The notes under the pieces were generated by a model that saw only the letters and a list, made by a program, of their open reading frames with translations, made no database searches and was not told the origin of the DNA. A stretch of DNA of 64,000 nt from Octopus sinensis (lineage: Eukaryota). Each line of letters begins with the position of its first letter. The stretch's first letter is position 1. The translations under genes were made by a program, and so were the position numbers. The DNA is taken from contig NC_042999.1 of the NCBI RefSeq assembly GCF_006345805.1, positions 2,356,001 through 2,420,000 on the forward strand, in the 5' to 3' direction. This document shows positions 27,329-39,311 of the stretch, piece by piece.

Positions 27329-29253
27329 GTCTATTGAGCTATCTATCTATCTATCTATATCTCTCTATATATATATTATATATCTGTCTATCTACCTAGC
27401 TACCTATCTGCCTACCTATCTATCTATCTACCTATCTATCTATCTATATAAACTAACATACACCTACATATATATGTATATATGTGTATGTGTGTGTGAG
27501 TACGAATATATATGACTGATTGTGTGCGTGTGTTTGCTTGTGTGCATATGTGCAAATGTGTGCATGTACATGCACTTGTGTGTGTGTGTGCATGCAATGA
27601 ATATATGTTTAAATTCTCTAGTGCGTGTGTATAACTTTATGTGCGTGCACACACACACTCACACTTTTCCTCGTTATAATCTGTGTGTAATTGCGTGTGT
27701 CAACCAATTCTTAAAACACTGATTTATTTGCTAATGGGAACGAAACATCTTAATAGGCTTATGTTTCTTTTCTTTTCATTATTACAACATCGTTATTGTT
27801 ATTATTGCTTTATTTTATTCGTGTATTGTTTATATTCTTGCAGAGAAGAAAGGATAACGGCAATGAAATTAATGGGGAAAAATAGTAATTATTCTGATGG
27901 TGATTTTGATAATGACAATGAAAACTAGAGTAATGATCATGATGGTGCGAGTTCTATTAAAAATGGCTTTTGTCGCTGTGCATGTTGGTGCTGGCAATGC
28001 TTTGAACAAACCCTAAACAACATAGAGGAAGTTAAACCAAATGAAGCATTGAAACATAATCTCTTGGCAGAGCAATCCCATTTTAATATCGGTGTGATTG
28101 TTCTAGCATCTATGACTAATAAAGGGTTTAATTTTCACAAAAGATGAAGAGAAATTGGTAAAGGAAATATATAAGTGTGCATATATATGTATATATATAT
28201 ATATATATACCAGAAATTAAATTCAAAGATTACTGCAATGAAGATACGCAATTCTGTATTTGGAAGAAATTGAACATAAATTCTCAATTTAAACGATCTA
28301 TTATTTTTCGTATATTATGTATTCCGGAAGATGTAAAATATTTGAAACACAAAGTGGCCTTTGACCACCTCAAAGAAAGAATTCTAAATAGAATAATGAA
28401 TGAAATAAGATCTTATATTGATCCTGTCTTTCATTCCAAGAATGGATTTAAAACTTATTTTGTTTTTAACTGTTGAGGAAACAATATTTCATTTACAGCC
28501 AGTTATAATTTAAATAATAACCAAGGAATAAATTTACACTATTTTTGTTTACAATTAGCCATCATTTATCTTATCTTTTATTCCATTCTTTGTTTCACTC
28601 ATTAGACTGCAGCCATGCTGGGGCACCACTGTGAAGAGCTTTCTATGTATCATATCTAACAGGTGTGGCTGTGTGGTAAGATGTTTGCTTTCCAGCCGCA
28701 TGGTTCTGATTTCAGTTTCACTAAATGGCACCTTGAGTGAGTGTTTTCTATTATACCTTTGGGCCATATTTTCAAGTTCCATAAAATAAGTACCAGTCAA
28801 TTGCTGGAAATGATATATATAATTTCCCCCTTACCTGAAATGACTGACCTTTCATCAAAATATGAAACCCATATAAAACTATCAACAATACGTATCTGTA
28901 AGAGACTTTATCTCAGACAAAAACTGAAGCATCTTGCCTGTCAACAATGTATATACTTTCTGTATGATACATAGATGGCTGTTTTAATTCAATGCTTCTT
29001 CATTGGAATATCCCAAGCATTTACAGTTAATTCTAATAATGTTACTGCCTTGAGGTTTGCAGATGAAGAAATAAATATTGATTCATTGTGTCTTCTGCAA
29101 TAGCCACAGGATAAGATAAGAGTAAAGATCCTTCCTGAGTGATATAGATTCAGAGAGCTGGTTTCCCAGTTTCTGTGGTTCATACATGTTTTTACCCCTG
29201 GATGGGGCACTAGTCCAGCAGAGGATTACTCATTTTTGCTAACTGAATGGACT

Positions 29254-29624
29254 AAAGGTTCTCAACAGGGACCATTTTGAGTTTGAGGGGGACGTTTTGG
29301 AGCAAAGGGGCTCTCTTGTACCAAAGAGCACTCTTTCGATAGACAATACATTGATCTCATATGTGTCGTGTAGTCAAAATAAACACATTTATCAAACTTT
29401 CAATTCATTTTTTGGTTTTTCTTTTGCATTTCAATTTGTACATCTGCACTCCCAACTGCATACAAGCACATAAGTAAAACGACATCCTTTATTTTTTAAT
29501 CATTATCTGCTGATATCAAATTAAGTAGTATATTGAAAAATAAAAACATTTTCTAGGGAAAGGGGCCATTTGTGACTCCAAGGGTCAAAAGGGGGCCTTT
29601 GGCCAAAATGGGTTGAGAACCTTT
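29254..29624. mobile_element. hAT-like MITE inserted in a family-E SINE
   Basis: TIRs AAAGGTTCTCAAC / GTTGAGAACCTTT. The host SINE (29146-29750, minus strand) resumes on both sides. The TSD is not clean. Confidence 0.7.
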
Positions 29625-30114
29625 GTACTAGAGCAATGTGAAATATGGTTTTGCTCAAGAACACAACACATCACCCAGTCCAGGAACTGAAACCACAATT
29701 TTATGATTATGAGTCCAACGCCCTAACCACTAAGCCATGTGCCTCCACACTATGGCCTCAGGCCAACCAATGTCCTGATGGAGCCTCAGCGTGGCTGTAA
29801 TATAACGACTATAACATGTAAAATATAAATAAGTAAAAACATGAATGGATGAGGTTGTAGATAGTGTTAGAGAAATTGTACCAAGGCCATGAATGAAATT
29901 ACTGGAAGACTAAAACAAGCTTGAGCTATTTTCAAAGATACAAATGTTAATCGCTTTAAAAAAGATTTATTTAAAGAAGCACATATAAAGATGTGGTTAA
30001 AAACACAGCAGAAACTATTTTTAAAAACCGCTTCAAAGTCAATATTGATTTTTCTGGAGTGATAAAACTTGAAGGTTGCGCATTTGTCAATGAGTTTAAT
30101 TCAGTTTAAAATTA

Positions 30115-30480
30115 TCATTATCATCACCATCATTGTCATCATCATCATCATCATCATCCTCATCATCATCATCATCGTCGTCGTCATCATCATCATCACC
30201 ATCATCATCATTGAACATCTTTTCCTCTTCTTCCCCATCATCATTGTTGTTTTCATCTTCTCATTATTGCCATTGTCATCATGATCCATCTCCTCTTCTT
30301 TTTCCTCCCCCTCTTCCTCATCGTCATTATCATCGTCTCCATCATCATTACAATTATCATTATTATCGGCATCAGCATCCTCATCTTCCTGACACATCAA
30401 CATCATCATCATAATCATTACCCTTATCCTCATCAACAACAGCTTCATCATTTCTAAATCCACTTTTATCCATGAGTTGC
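30115..30480. repeat. Degenerate (CAT)n tract
   Basis: Directly visible. It explains the poly-Ser, poly-Ile and poly-Met ORFs. Confidence 0.95.
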
Positions 30481-30628
30481 TCATCTTTTATTCTTTTATT
30501 TGTTTCAGTAATTTCACTGCAGCCATACTGGAGCACATTTATCTAATTCTAAATATTCATTCCTTTCTTACACAACATATTTTTATGAAAATAGAATATC
30601 TTCTTTAATGCTTATTATATTCGTTATT

Positions 30629-31173
30629 TTCCTTTAGAACTCTTGTTAACTCAATGTATCTTCTGCACATAACTTATATTTAGAATTAATTCAGATCAAA
30701 TGATATTTCCTTCATGGCTTAAATAATTATCTACTGAACAGCTTCCATATGCATATCACCTCTGCATATTTGATGTCTTGCAAACAACTTGTACATGCAA
30801 GTGTTACCAGTCAAGAACTCTGCACACCAGAAGCCAGCAAGTGTAGGGGGTCATCAGGAGAGAAGGCATGCCGTTTCAGGGCCTACCTCTCAACGGCATC
30901 AATGCACACCAGCTCCCCTCACTGATATGAAGCCTCGCTTGCTAGATCAACTGGTTATTAAATAAAGCTCACTATTCCTCTAGCCATTGCGCATCGTCTC
31001 TCTTTAACCAAATCCAGTGGCTAGTTATATTCCTTTAGAATTCTTGTTTAACTCAATGTATCTTCTGCACATAACTTATATTTAGAATTAATTCAGATCA
31101 AATGACATTTCCTTCATGGCTTAAATAATTATCTACTGAACAGCTTCCATATGCATATCACCTCTGCATATTT
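30629..31173 (+). repeat. 144-bp direct repeat bracketing a 258-bp LTR fragment
   Basis: 30629-30771 is nearly identical to 31030-31173. The middle is the reverse complement of about 60405-60660. Confidence 0.85.
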
Positions 31174-31737
31174 AAATTAGTAAAAGTTTCAATGAGGCAG
31201 GAAATTCACCATAAGCATTTTCCAAGCTTCTGGATGGAATTACAGAAACTAAACATCAAATTACATTTCTGACATGATCTGATGAATACAACTCCTAAGT
31301 GGGCCTCTTGAGAAGAATTTCTTTTCCTTATACTGGTCACCGATTGTTAGTTTTACTACTATCTATCATCCTTAAAATTTTCTGTTGCCAACAGCATTGT
31401 ATAACTTTGGTAAGGATAGAGTAGGGTGAAGTTTTTGTCTCTCTATAATTTTAGTTGATCAAATATGGAATTAGTTAATATGTCTGAATTTTGGAATTTA
31501 CTGTTCTATCTGAAACATGTGTAAGCTGATTAAAAGATGTATAATTCTTCATTTTTTGTGTTTTGCTGCAGTACTTTGTGACCTTATATAGAATTTATTT
31601 GGTTTTTGAATTTCTGGATTTATAAATTAGAGAAGCAGTGGAAAGTAGGTTTATGGCCTGTGAAGATTACAATGGCCTTCAATAGACAATGTAGTTAGCC
31701 ATGTTTGATCCTTGCAGAGTGCTTATAAAGTATTGAC

Positions 31738-31890
31738 ATGGCTGTGTGGTAAGTAGCTTGCTTACCAACTACATGGTTCCAGGTTCAGTCCCACTTCGTG
31801 GCACCTTGGGCAAGTGTCTTCTAATAGAGCCTCGGGCTGACCAAAGCCTTGTAAGTGGATTTAGTAGACGGAAACTGAAAGGAGCCTGTC

Positions 31891-31944
<54 letters not shown>

Positions 31945-32176
31945 GTTTATGTATGTATGTATGTTTATGTTTGTGTGCCTGTGTTTGTCCCCCAACATTG
32001 CTGGACAACCGATGCTGGTGTGTTTACGTCCCTGTCACTTAGGTGTTCGGCAAGAGAGACCGATAGAATAAGTAATAGGCTTACAAAGAATAAGTCCTGG
32101 GGTCGATTTGCTCGACTAAAGGTAGTGCTCCAGCATGGCCAAAGTCAAATGACTGAAACAAAAGAATGAATAAAGA

Positions 32177-32178
<2 letters not shown>
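31738..32178 (+). mobile_element. SINE A
   Basis: Family A head, central microsatellite and tail. Confidence 0.9.
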
Positions 32179-32209
<31 letters not shown>

Positions 32210-32518
32210 TATATACTCGTGGAACTCCATTGGTTACTACGATGAAGGTTCCAGTTGATCCGATCAACGGAACAGCCTGCTTCAGAAATTAACGTGTAAG
32301 TGGCTAAGCACTCCACAGACATGTGTACCTTTAATGTAGTTCTTGGGGAGATTCACTGTGACGCAGAGTGTGACAAGGCTGACCCTTTTGAAATAGAGGC
32401 ACAACAGAAACATGAAGAAAGAGTGAGAGAAAGTTGTGGTGTAAGAGTACAGCAGGGTTCCCCCTCCCACTGCTGTTCTTCTAAATGCAAAAAGTAGAAA
32501 CAAACAATTAATTAATTA

Positions 32519-32558
<40 letters not shown>

Positions 32559-33349
32559 AGAAGACTTTTGGATATATATATTTATCCTTATGAAAATTGA
32601 GAGAATGTGAGTTTAGTTGTATATAAACTAAAACTGAGGCAGCTAGTTGTGATTTGAAAATATGAGTGAGAAAGGTTTTAAGAGACGTTCCCTAGAAGAG
32701 TAAGTAGATCAGTAAATCAAACTCCAAATAAGTCATTTATTAGAGGAAAGTTTTATAGAGGTGTCCAATAGAAAGGCATAGTTGTGTTTGAATTAGGATA
32801 TGACTTAACAGTAATAAGTAATATTAGGTATGGTGTATATTATAAAAAATTTTGTATGAGAATGAAATTAAACTAATAAATGTAGTTATATAGGAAGTTG
32901 CTAGGATGCAACGAGAACAAGAGTTAGCTGTAGAAATACTAAAACAGCTACATATATAAAGGTGTTGTGTTTGTGTAAGAACTTATATTCGCTTGTGTGT
33001 ATTAAATATAAAGAAAAATAGATTCATTATGGCTGGTCATACCTATATGTTGGGCTTTGTTCAATTTCCATCTACCAAATCCGTTCACAAGGCTTTGGTC
33101 AGCTCAAGACTAAAGCAGAAGACACATGCCCAAGGTGCCATGCAGTAGAACTGAACCTTAAACGATGTGGTTGGGAAACATGCTGCTTACTATACACTTG
33201 ACTGAACTAAAACCGATTAAATTTTAGCTACATGAAAACTCCATTAGTAAGAGTCTTACTTTACAAGCATTTAATGAAACTCTGTGTAAAATATGCAAGG
33301 ATTTCCTGGGACACCCAGTATTTTCCCTGCCTCTTCTATGAAGCATTAA

Positions 33350-33570
33350 CCCTTTTGTTACCTTATATCTATTGAGACGCTCTGTGTTTCTTTCAATTAC
33401 TTTAAATATAACAAAGAATTTAATAAAATAACTTAGTTATCATTAAGCTAGTGTTAGGGACATAAATTGTGACTAAGATTTGGTGGAAGATTTTAATTCA
33501 AAACTTATGAAAAAAAGACATTTGTACTAAAGAGCCAGTGCTGGTTTCAGCCAGGTTGATAACAAAAGGG
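33350..33570 (-). mobile_element. piggyBac-type MITE, same family, reverse orientation
   Basis: TTAA|CCCTTTTGTTA…TAACAAAAGGG|TTAA; the interior is the reverse complement of the 6343 copy. Confidence 0.85.
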
Positions 33571-34055
33571 TTAAAGGCATACCAAACATCTTGAGTTTAA
33601 CTTCATGTGGCTGGTATTATCCATGAACCTACAGCACAGCATTTTGGTAAATACCAAACAGTGTGTTCTTCCAGAGACTGGTTGTCTCTGGTAGCAATTA
33701 ACTCCATTTCATATTTAATATATCTCATTTAATTATCTTTTAATATAATGACTTTATTGTTAGATAAAAAATATATTAACATAACGGCATAAAATCAAAT
33801 TATATTTCAATAAAACTGCTTCCAAATTTCTCCACATCGAAATACTGAAAGCAATTTCTAATACTATGGGTGGATTTTTTTTTCTATTTTATTAAATATT
33901 TTCTAGTATTTTTGGTGATTTTTTTTTTACCTGTTTTATACTCAATTATTGAAAATGGTAAAATTTAGTCAAAATTCTTACCCCACTTAAACATAGGTAC
34001 TTTTGTCCTAAGTATGTTCACATGAGCATGTATGTATTTATTTGTTTGAATAGTG

Positions 34056-34126
34056 AACAACAGTGATTCAATGGTAGAATGCTTGCCTGACATACTGGCA
34101 GCCTAGGTTCGATTCTCAGCTGATGT
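34056..34126 (+). pseudogene. Degenerate tRNA-Gly-like sequence (pseudogene or SINE head)
   Basis: CAGTGATTCAATGGTAGAATGCTTGCCTGACATACTGGCAGCCTAGGTTCGATTCTCAGCTGATG follows the tRNA-Gly pattern (TGGTAGAAT..CGCCT…GGTTCGATTC), but the stems are broken. Confidence 0.5.
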
Positions 34127-34309
34127 GATGTGATGTTTATAGATGTAGGTATCACTGCGTGGTAAGAAGCTTTCTGCCCAACCACATGGTTCTGTGTTCA
34201 GTCCCACAGTGTAGTACATTCAGCAAGTGTCTTCTACTCTAACCTTCAGCTGACTGAAACCTTGTGAGTAGATTTATTACACAGAAACTGAAAAAAGCCT
34301 GAAGCCTGT

Positions 34310-34348
<39 letters not shown>

Positions 34349-34578
34349 TACTAACAATATAGGATGAAGTCCCTATCTCTACAGAAAAGAATTCCATCAA
34401 GAAGCGTGGCAGTATATTAAAAAAACCTTTACGGTTGAAATATGTACATCTTATAAGCAAGGGCTAAAGAAGATTATTCTAAAGCCAATATACTGATTAT
34501 CCACTTATAATCCACTTGTTACAGGAAAATTGAACTGAAATCGGGCAACTAACCTTTAGAAAATTTAAATTTCGTTAT

Positions 34579-34638
34579 CTCTATATTGAATCAATTTCGG
34601 AATTAATCTTATAAAGGATTCATTCTTCATCAGTAGAG
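34579..34638 (-). ncRNA. Type I hammerhead ribozyme with intact core
   Basis: Minus strand: CTCTA CTGATGA A GAAT G AATC ctttataa GATT A ATTC C GAAA TTG att CAA T A TAGAG. Stem I is 5 bp, stem III is 4 bp with a 3-nt loop, and the triplet is AUA. Confidence 0.8.
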
Positions 34639-35048
34639 CTTACGAGGGAATATAAATAAAATACTTACATACGTCTATGGAAAAAGCAGAAGCTAAAAAC
34701 ATAACTACATTTAAGTACATCATTTATATCTAATAAGTGGATAATCAGTATATTGGCTTTAGAATAATCTTCTTTAGCCCTTGCTTGTAAGATATATATA
34801 TATATAATATATATATACTACTAACAATATAGGATGAAGTCCCTATCTCTACAGAAAAGAATTCCATCAAGAAGCGTGGCAGTATATTAAAAAAACCTTT
34901 ACGGTTGAAATATGTACATCTTATAAGCAAGGGCTAAAGAAGATTATTCTAAAGCCAATATACTGATTATCCACTTATAATCCACTTGTTACAGGAAAAT
35001 TGAACTGAAATCGGGCAACTAACCTTTAGAAAATTTAAATTTCGTTAT

Positions 35049-35108
35049 CTCTATATTGAATCAATTTCGGAATTAATCTTATAAAGGATTCATTCTTCAT
35101 CAGTAGAG
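35049..35108 (-). ncRNA. Type I hammerhead ribozyme with intact core (second tandem copy)
   Basis: Identical to 34579-34638, shifted by 470 bp. Confidence 0.8.
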
Positions 35109-35259
35109 CTTACGAGGGAATATAAATAAAATACTTACATACGTCTATGGAAAAAGCAGAAGCTAAAAACATAACTACATTTAAGTACATCATTTATATC
35201 TAATAAGTGGATAATCAGTATATTGGCTTTAGAATAATCTTCTTTAGCCCTTGCTTGTA

Positions 35260-35296
<37 letters not shown>

Positions 35297-35502
35297 TTTA
35301 AGTAGACAAATGAATTATCTTATTACGGATAATTTGAAAGATAACCGATACCTGGGTAGCAAACTCACAACAGAAAAGGCACGGTTGAAGTTACGACCAT
35401 AGGGCATAAAATCCGTGCCTTAGTGCGGAAATTTGAAGTTTTATATATTAAGTATAGGAAAGAATGGAGCTGAACGAAGATTTAACAAAATTCCTTTATT
35501 TT

Positions 35503-35588
35503 ATTTTCGACATATGTTTCGAAGTCTGCAAAGTCCTTAATTCCGAGTGACTAAGGAGTCCATTATGCAGCTTTCTCTTCAGGAAAAT
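35503..35588 (-). ncRNA. Minimal type I hammerhead ribozyme in the 3' pLTR
   Basis: Reverse complement of the 38719-38804 ribozyme, with the core, stem I and stem III intact. Confidence 0.85.
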
Positions 35589-36158
35589 CCAGGAACTTAA
35601 TTATCTAACAAAATGCACAACAAGCTTTTCGACGACTGCTCACGAGGAGCCCATAAAAATAATGATAAATAATGTCTATTTATAGGGGGTGGCGCCAGAT
35701 TGGATGAAAGCAGGAGAAATTGTCCGTTGACATAGTTCAAGGGCAGAATCAAGGTAGGAGAAGGAAGGTATAGGAAAATTAAAGAGAGTGAATGTATTCT
35801 GTATGACTGGTGTTTATATTTGATTTATTTTATGAATGAGTGCTCGAATGTATGAGTGTGTAAAATTGCCTTAATGTGTGTGTGTGTGTGCGTCTTTGAA
35901 TGCGTGAAAGTGTGTGTGGAAGGCATAGAGAGAGATAGCAAGAATTAACGGTCAAGAACTGAAAAGACTGTGTCTGTGTGTTCGAATGTGTCAACTTAAT
36001 AGGGAGAGGGCGGCCACACTAGCAATGACAAGATACAAGGTTACTGTTGGGATTGGTAGTAGTTCTTGGCAACTATGAGAAAGTCTTTTATACTAAAAGG
36101 GATGAGATATCACCTTTCAAATTTTTTTAGGAAATCCAGGGGTTATCTATATTAGACT

Positions 36159-37157
36159 TCATTGGTATGAGAGAAAGGTATGCCTTTTCCAGTGTAGGCA
36201 TCTGAAAGAACTCTCAACAATCGAGTTTATTAGTCGGCCTCGGGCAAACAGAATATGAAAGAGTTCGGAATTACACAGGGCACAGATTTTTTTGCCCTTA
36301 TCAAACGGTAAAGACACCGATAATATTGACCATTCCAGCCTAAAAGTTGAATTTGCGTTCTTCAAACGCCAGACTAATTTGCTTAGCCCAGTGGAGTGTT
36401 GTTTCCTTTTATCCCTAAACGTGGAAAAATGATTTGATATTCTTGTGGCTAATTTAGATGAGGTAGCACCGATATAGAGGTAGACATTGGATCCAGCATA
36501 AATTTTGCACTGGTAAATGGCGTTTCTAATTTTGGAGTTATTTGATAAGAACCTTAATCTATTGGGATTAGTTTCCGATACTAATACAGCATTCTTATTA
36601 CTATGATGGTTGTAAAAACTACCGCTGGATTCGATACTATTCACCCTATTTTCATTACTATTTAAGGCAATATCACCTGCATATTCCCTGTTTCTGGGAA
36701 TGCTGTGATTGATATTGTCCGTAAAACTACTGTTGTTAAAACCGCTGCTACTGTTATTGTTGAGACCCCCTCTGTTAATGACGAGGTCAGTGCACTTATC
36801 CTTATTACTATTACTAACACCAATGCTGGTATGAAGGCTGCTAATATCTGTGCTACTTCTATTATTATTATTATTATTACTATATGTTATGTTGGAACTT
36901 GATGGGGCAGTGTCTCTGCTCATGGGTGACAGGGCCTTATTTAGCAGCTTATTGTTATGGGAGGCAATTATCTGTGAAAGATTTTTAGTATTTGAGAAAG
37001 CTATCCTTACTTTGTGCGAATTTATAGTGGAGTAATATCTCAAATTTCTGGGAAAATTTCTGGCAATGGCTTGGCAAAACTGCAACGGTAGGTTAGATCT
37101 GATTTGTTTTCCAAAGGGAATCACAAACCAGATATAGTTTTTCCTGTTCTTGTACTC
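36159..37157 (-). pseudogene. PLE C-terminal region with GIY-YIG endonuclease, out of frame with RT
   Basis: KNRKNYIWFVIPFGKQ…KVRIAFSNTKNLSQIIASHNNKLL, then NAIYQCKI…YIGATSSKLATRISNH…HSTGLSKLVW…CALC…RCLH. This is a GIY-YIG with C-terminal Cys/His residues. The frame is +1 relative to RT. Confidence 0.9.
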
Positions 37158-38634
37158 TTACATTAAGAAGGGCATCTCTGGGTTGAAGAATGGGTTTTGG
37201 CCTACGATGGTCTCCCTTGGACCGCAAATTATTTATGTTAGCTATATTTGTGTCGACATTACTAAAGCTACCATCACTACTTATATTATTTATATTATTG
37301 TAAGTTGACTTATCCTGATGAGCAAATTCTGGTTTCGGAAGGGCCGGGTCTATATATGTTACCTTTTCCCTATAACCGACTTTTGACAGGGCGGCATTAT
37401 AGAATTCCGCTTTATGCTTAAAAATGTCGACGTTGGCAGATAAATTAGATAATCTTAAAGAAATATTTTTAACTAAATTATCTGTGATAGTTTTTGCGTG
37501 GTTAGAGAAAACACTGACATATTTTAGGTTTGTGGAAGGTTTATGGTAGGGGCAGTAAGAATTGCTATGCAGATTTAGTGTAACATCTAAGAAATTGGCC
37601 TTAGTTAGTTCGTTGTCGAAAACTATGCTCATGCCCATCCTACTAAAGAACCTAGCTAATCTATTTTTAGTTTTCTGTATCATTCTATTCGGGGTATTCT
37701 GTAGGTAAAACAGACAATCGTTACGATATAGACCACCGCCGATGTCCGGGAATTGGTCGGCTAATTCATAGAGAATATAGATTCTGACCAAATCGGCTAT
37801 CTGGGCGCTATCTGAGATTCCCATTGGCACATCGAACTCGTTGGGAGTATCCTTACGGACCCATAACTTATCTTCAAACTGTATAAAGGATTTTCTGGCG
37901 ACTAAAATTATATCAATTTCTTCTCTTGTGAGACCTGCCTTATTATGCGCATGCCATAGGGCCTTATTGAGTACACTAGGGTTAATCGAGGGGTAGAAAT
38001 TAGCAATATCGAACTGAATGAACTTAGTTCTGTTTTTATTAGAAATAAAAGAGAACCAATTTACGACTTGCGAGGAGCTCGCCCAAAGGTTAAGCTTAAG
38101 CTTATTAACTAATCTAGGTATGTATTTGTCTAAAATGTACTTACTGATGGAACCGATGTCGGAACTAGAAGGGCATATGAGCCTTAATGCTGGATTGGTG
38201 TGAAAATTTGGTTTGTGGTCCTTAACGATGAATCTAGGTTGCCTTGGGTTAAGCGGTTGTGTTTTCATTTGAAGCCCATAATTTACCATAATTTCCTTAA
38301 TCTCCAAATTGACTCTTCTTAGTGTATTCTTATTTGTAGTTCTGTAATTCTTCTGGATTTCTTTCTTGAGTAATTCTAAATACTGGTTTATAGGTAGCTT
38401 GTAAGTATTCCTTGTTTTATCAGATTGGACCAGGATTCCGTCTGAGCTGTTAATATCCTTAGTAATTTTCCCGAGGTATCTAAGGTGTTCATTCCTACGG
38501 GGCGACTTCCGGAATTTAATGCTCCTTACAATGTCCCATAAGTCGTCCTCAAATTTCTTCAGTCTGGGATTAGGTGGTGGTGTCTCCCTCGACTTGAAAA
38601 GCTTCTTATATTTGGATAATGTTACGGACCCGTT
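37093..38634 (-). pseudogene. PLE reverse transcriptase frame, inactive
   Basis: The track ORF 37093..38307 stays open upstream to 38634 (…FKSRETPPPNPRLKKFEDDLWDIVRSIKFRK…VQSDKTRNTYKL…). Motifs include FIQFDIANFYPSI, FDVPMG, GLYRNDCL and NFLDVTLNL. The catalytic YRDD reads YRND (codon 37720-37722). The frame shifts out near 37157. Confidence 0.92.
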
Positions 38635-38718
38635 CTATTTATCATTATTTTTATGGGCTCCTCGTGAGCAGTCGTCGCAAAGCTTGTTGTGCATTTTGTT
38701 GGAGAATTAAGTTCCTGG

Positions 38719-38804
38719 ATTTTCCTGAAGAGAAAGCTGCATAATGGACTCCTTATTCACTCGGAATTAGGGACTTTGCAGACTTCGAAACATATGTCGA
38801 AAAT
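38719..38804 (+). ncRNA. Minimal type I hammerhead ribozyme in the inverted pLTR
   Basis: ATTTTC (stem I) CTGAAGA G AAAGCTGCA…TGCAGACTT C (stem II) GAAA CATATG T C GAAAAT (stem I'). Stem III is palindromic (ACATATGT) with a GUC cleavage triplet. Confidence 0.85.
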
Positions 38805-38855
38805 AAAATAAAGGAATTTTGTTAAATCTTCGTTCAGCTCCATTCTTTCCTATAC

Positions 38856-39007
<152 letters not shown>

Positions 39008-39311
39008 GCATTTAAGGTACACAGTTTAGCCATTTCACCACAGTTGTAATTGTAAAACATAACTGTCACCACTACTATTACATGAACCTGAAGATTGTAT
39101 AGTTTAATGCATGAAAGTACTAGGTCAATCAGAATGGACATTTAATATTCTATCATTTCATTATATCATATTATCTTATATTATATTATTATAAGATTGT
39201 AAATAAAACATGAAAATCAAAGTTGGTATTTCTTTGAGTAATATATTCTTCTATACACAAACATATACACCAGTGTTTATAAATATGTGTGTGTGTGTGT
39301 GTGTGTGTATA

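Larger units (their letters stand above)
34348..35261. mobile_element. Two identical 444-bp pLTR-type mini-elements in tandem, separated and flanked by (AT)n
   Basis: 34348-34791 matches 34818-35261 by eye. Each has a 59-bp inverted repeat (34450-34508 vs 34733-34791, 1 mismatch) and an internal hammerhead on the minus strand. Confidence 0.75.

Noticed and set aside
30069-30484. Poly-Ile, poly-Ser/His and poly-Met/Asp ORFs
   Set aside because: They are frames of a (CAT)n microsatellite.
34395-34449. Possible second hammerhead in the 444-bp unit (…CAAGAAG…GAAATATGTA)
   Set aside because: The core is not matched and there is no stem I.
35376-35421. AAGGCACGG…CCGTGCCTT hairpin between the mini-elements and the PLE as another hammerhead
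   Set aside because: There is a 9-bp stem but no CTGANGA/GAAA core in the right places on either strand.
37093-37160. Programmed frameshift between the PLE RT and endonuclease
   Set aside because: PLEs normally have a single ORF, there is no clear slippery site, and this copy also has YRND. Simple decay is more likely.
36159-38634. Selenocysteine read-through as in some Naiad PLEs
   Set aside because: There are no in-frame TGA codons inside either frame, and the endonuclease is C-terminal, not N-terminal.
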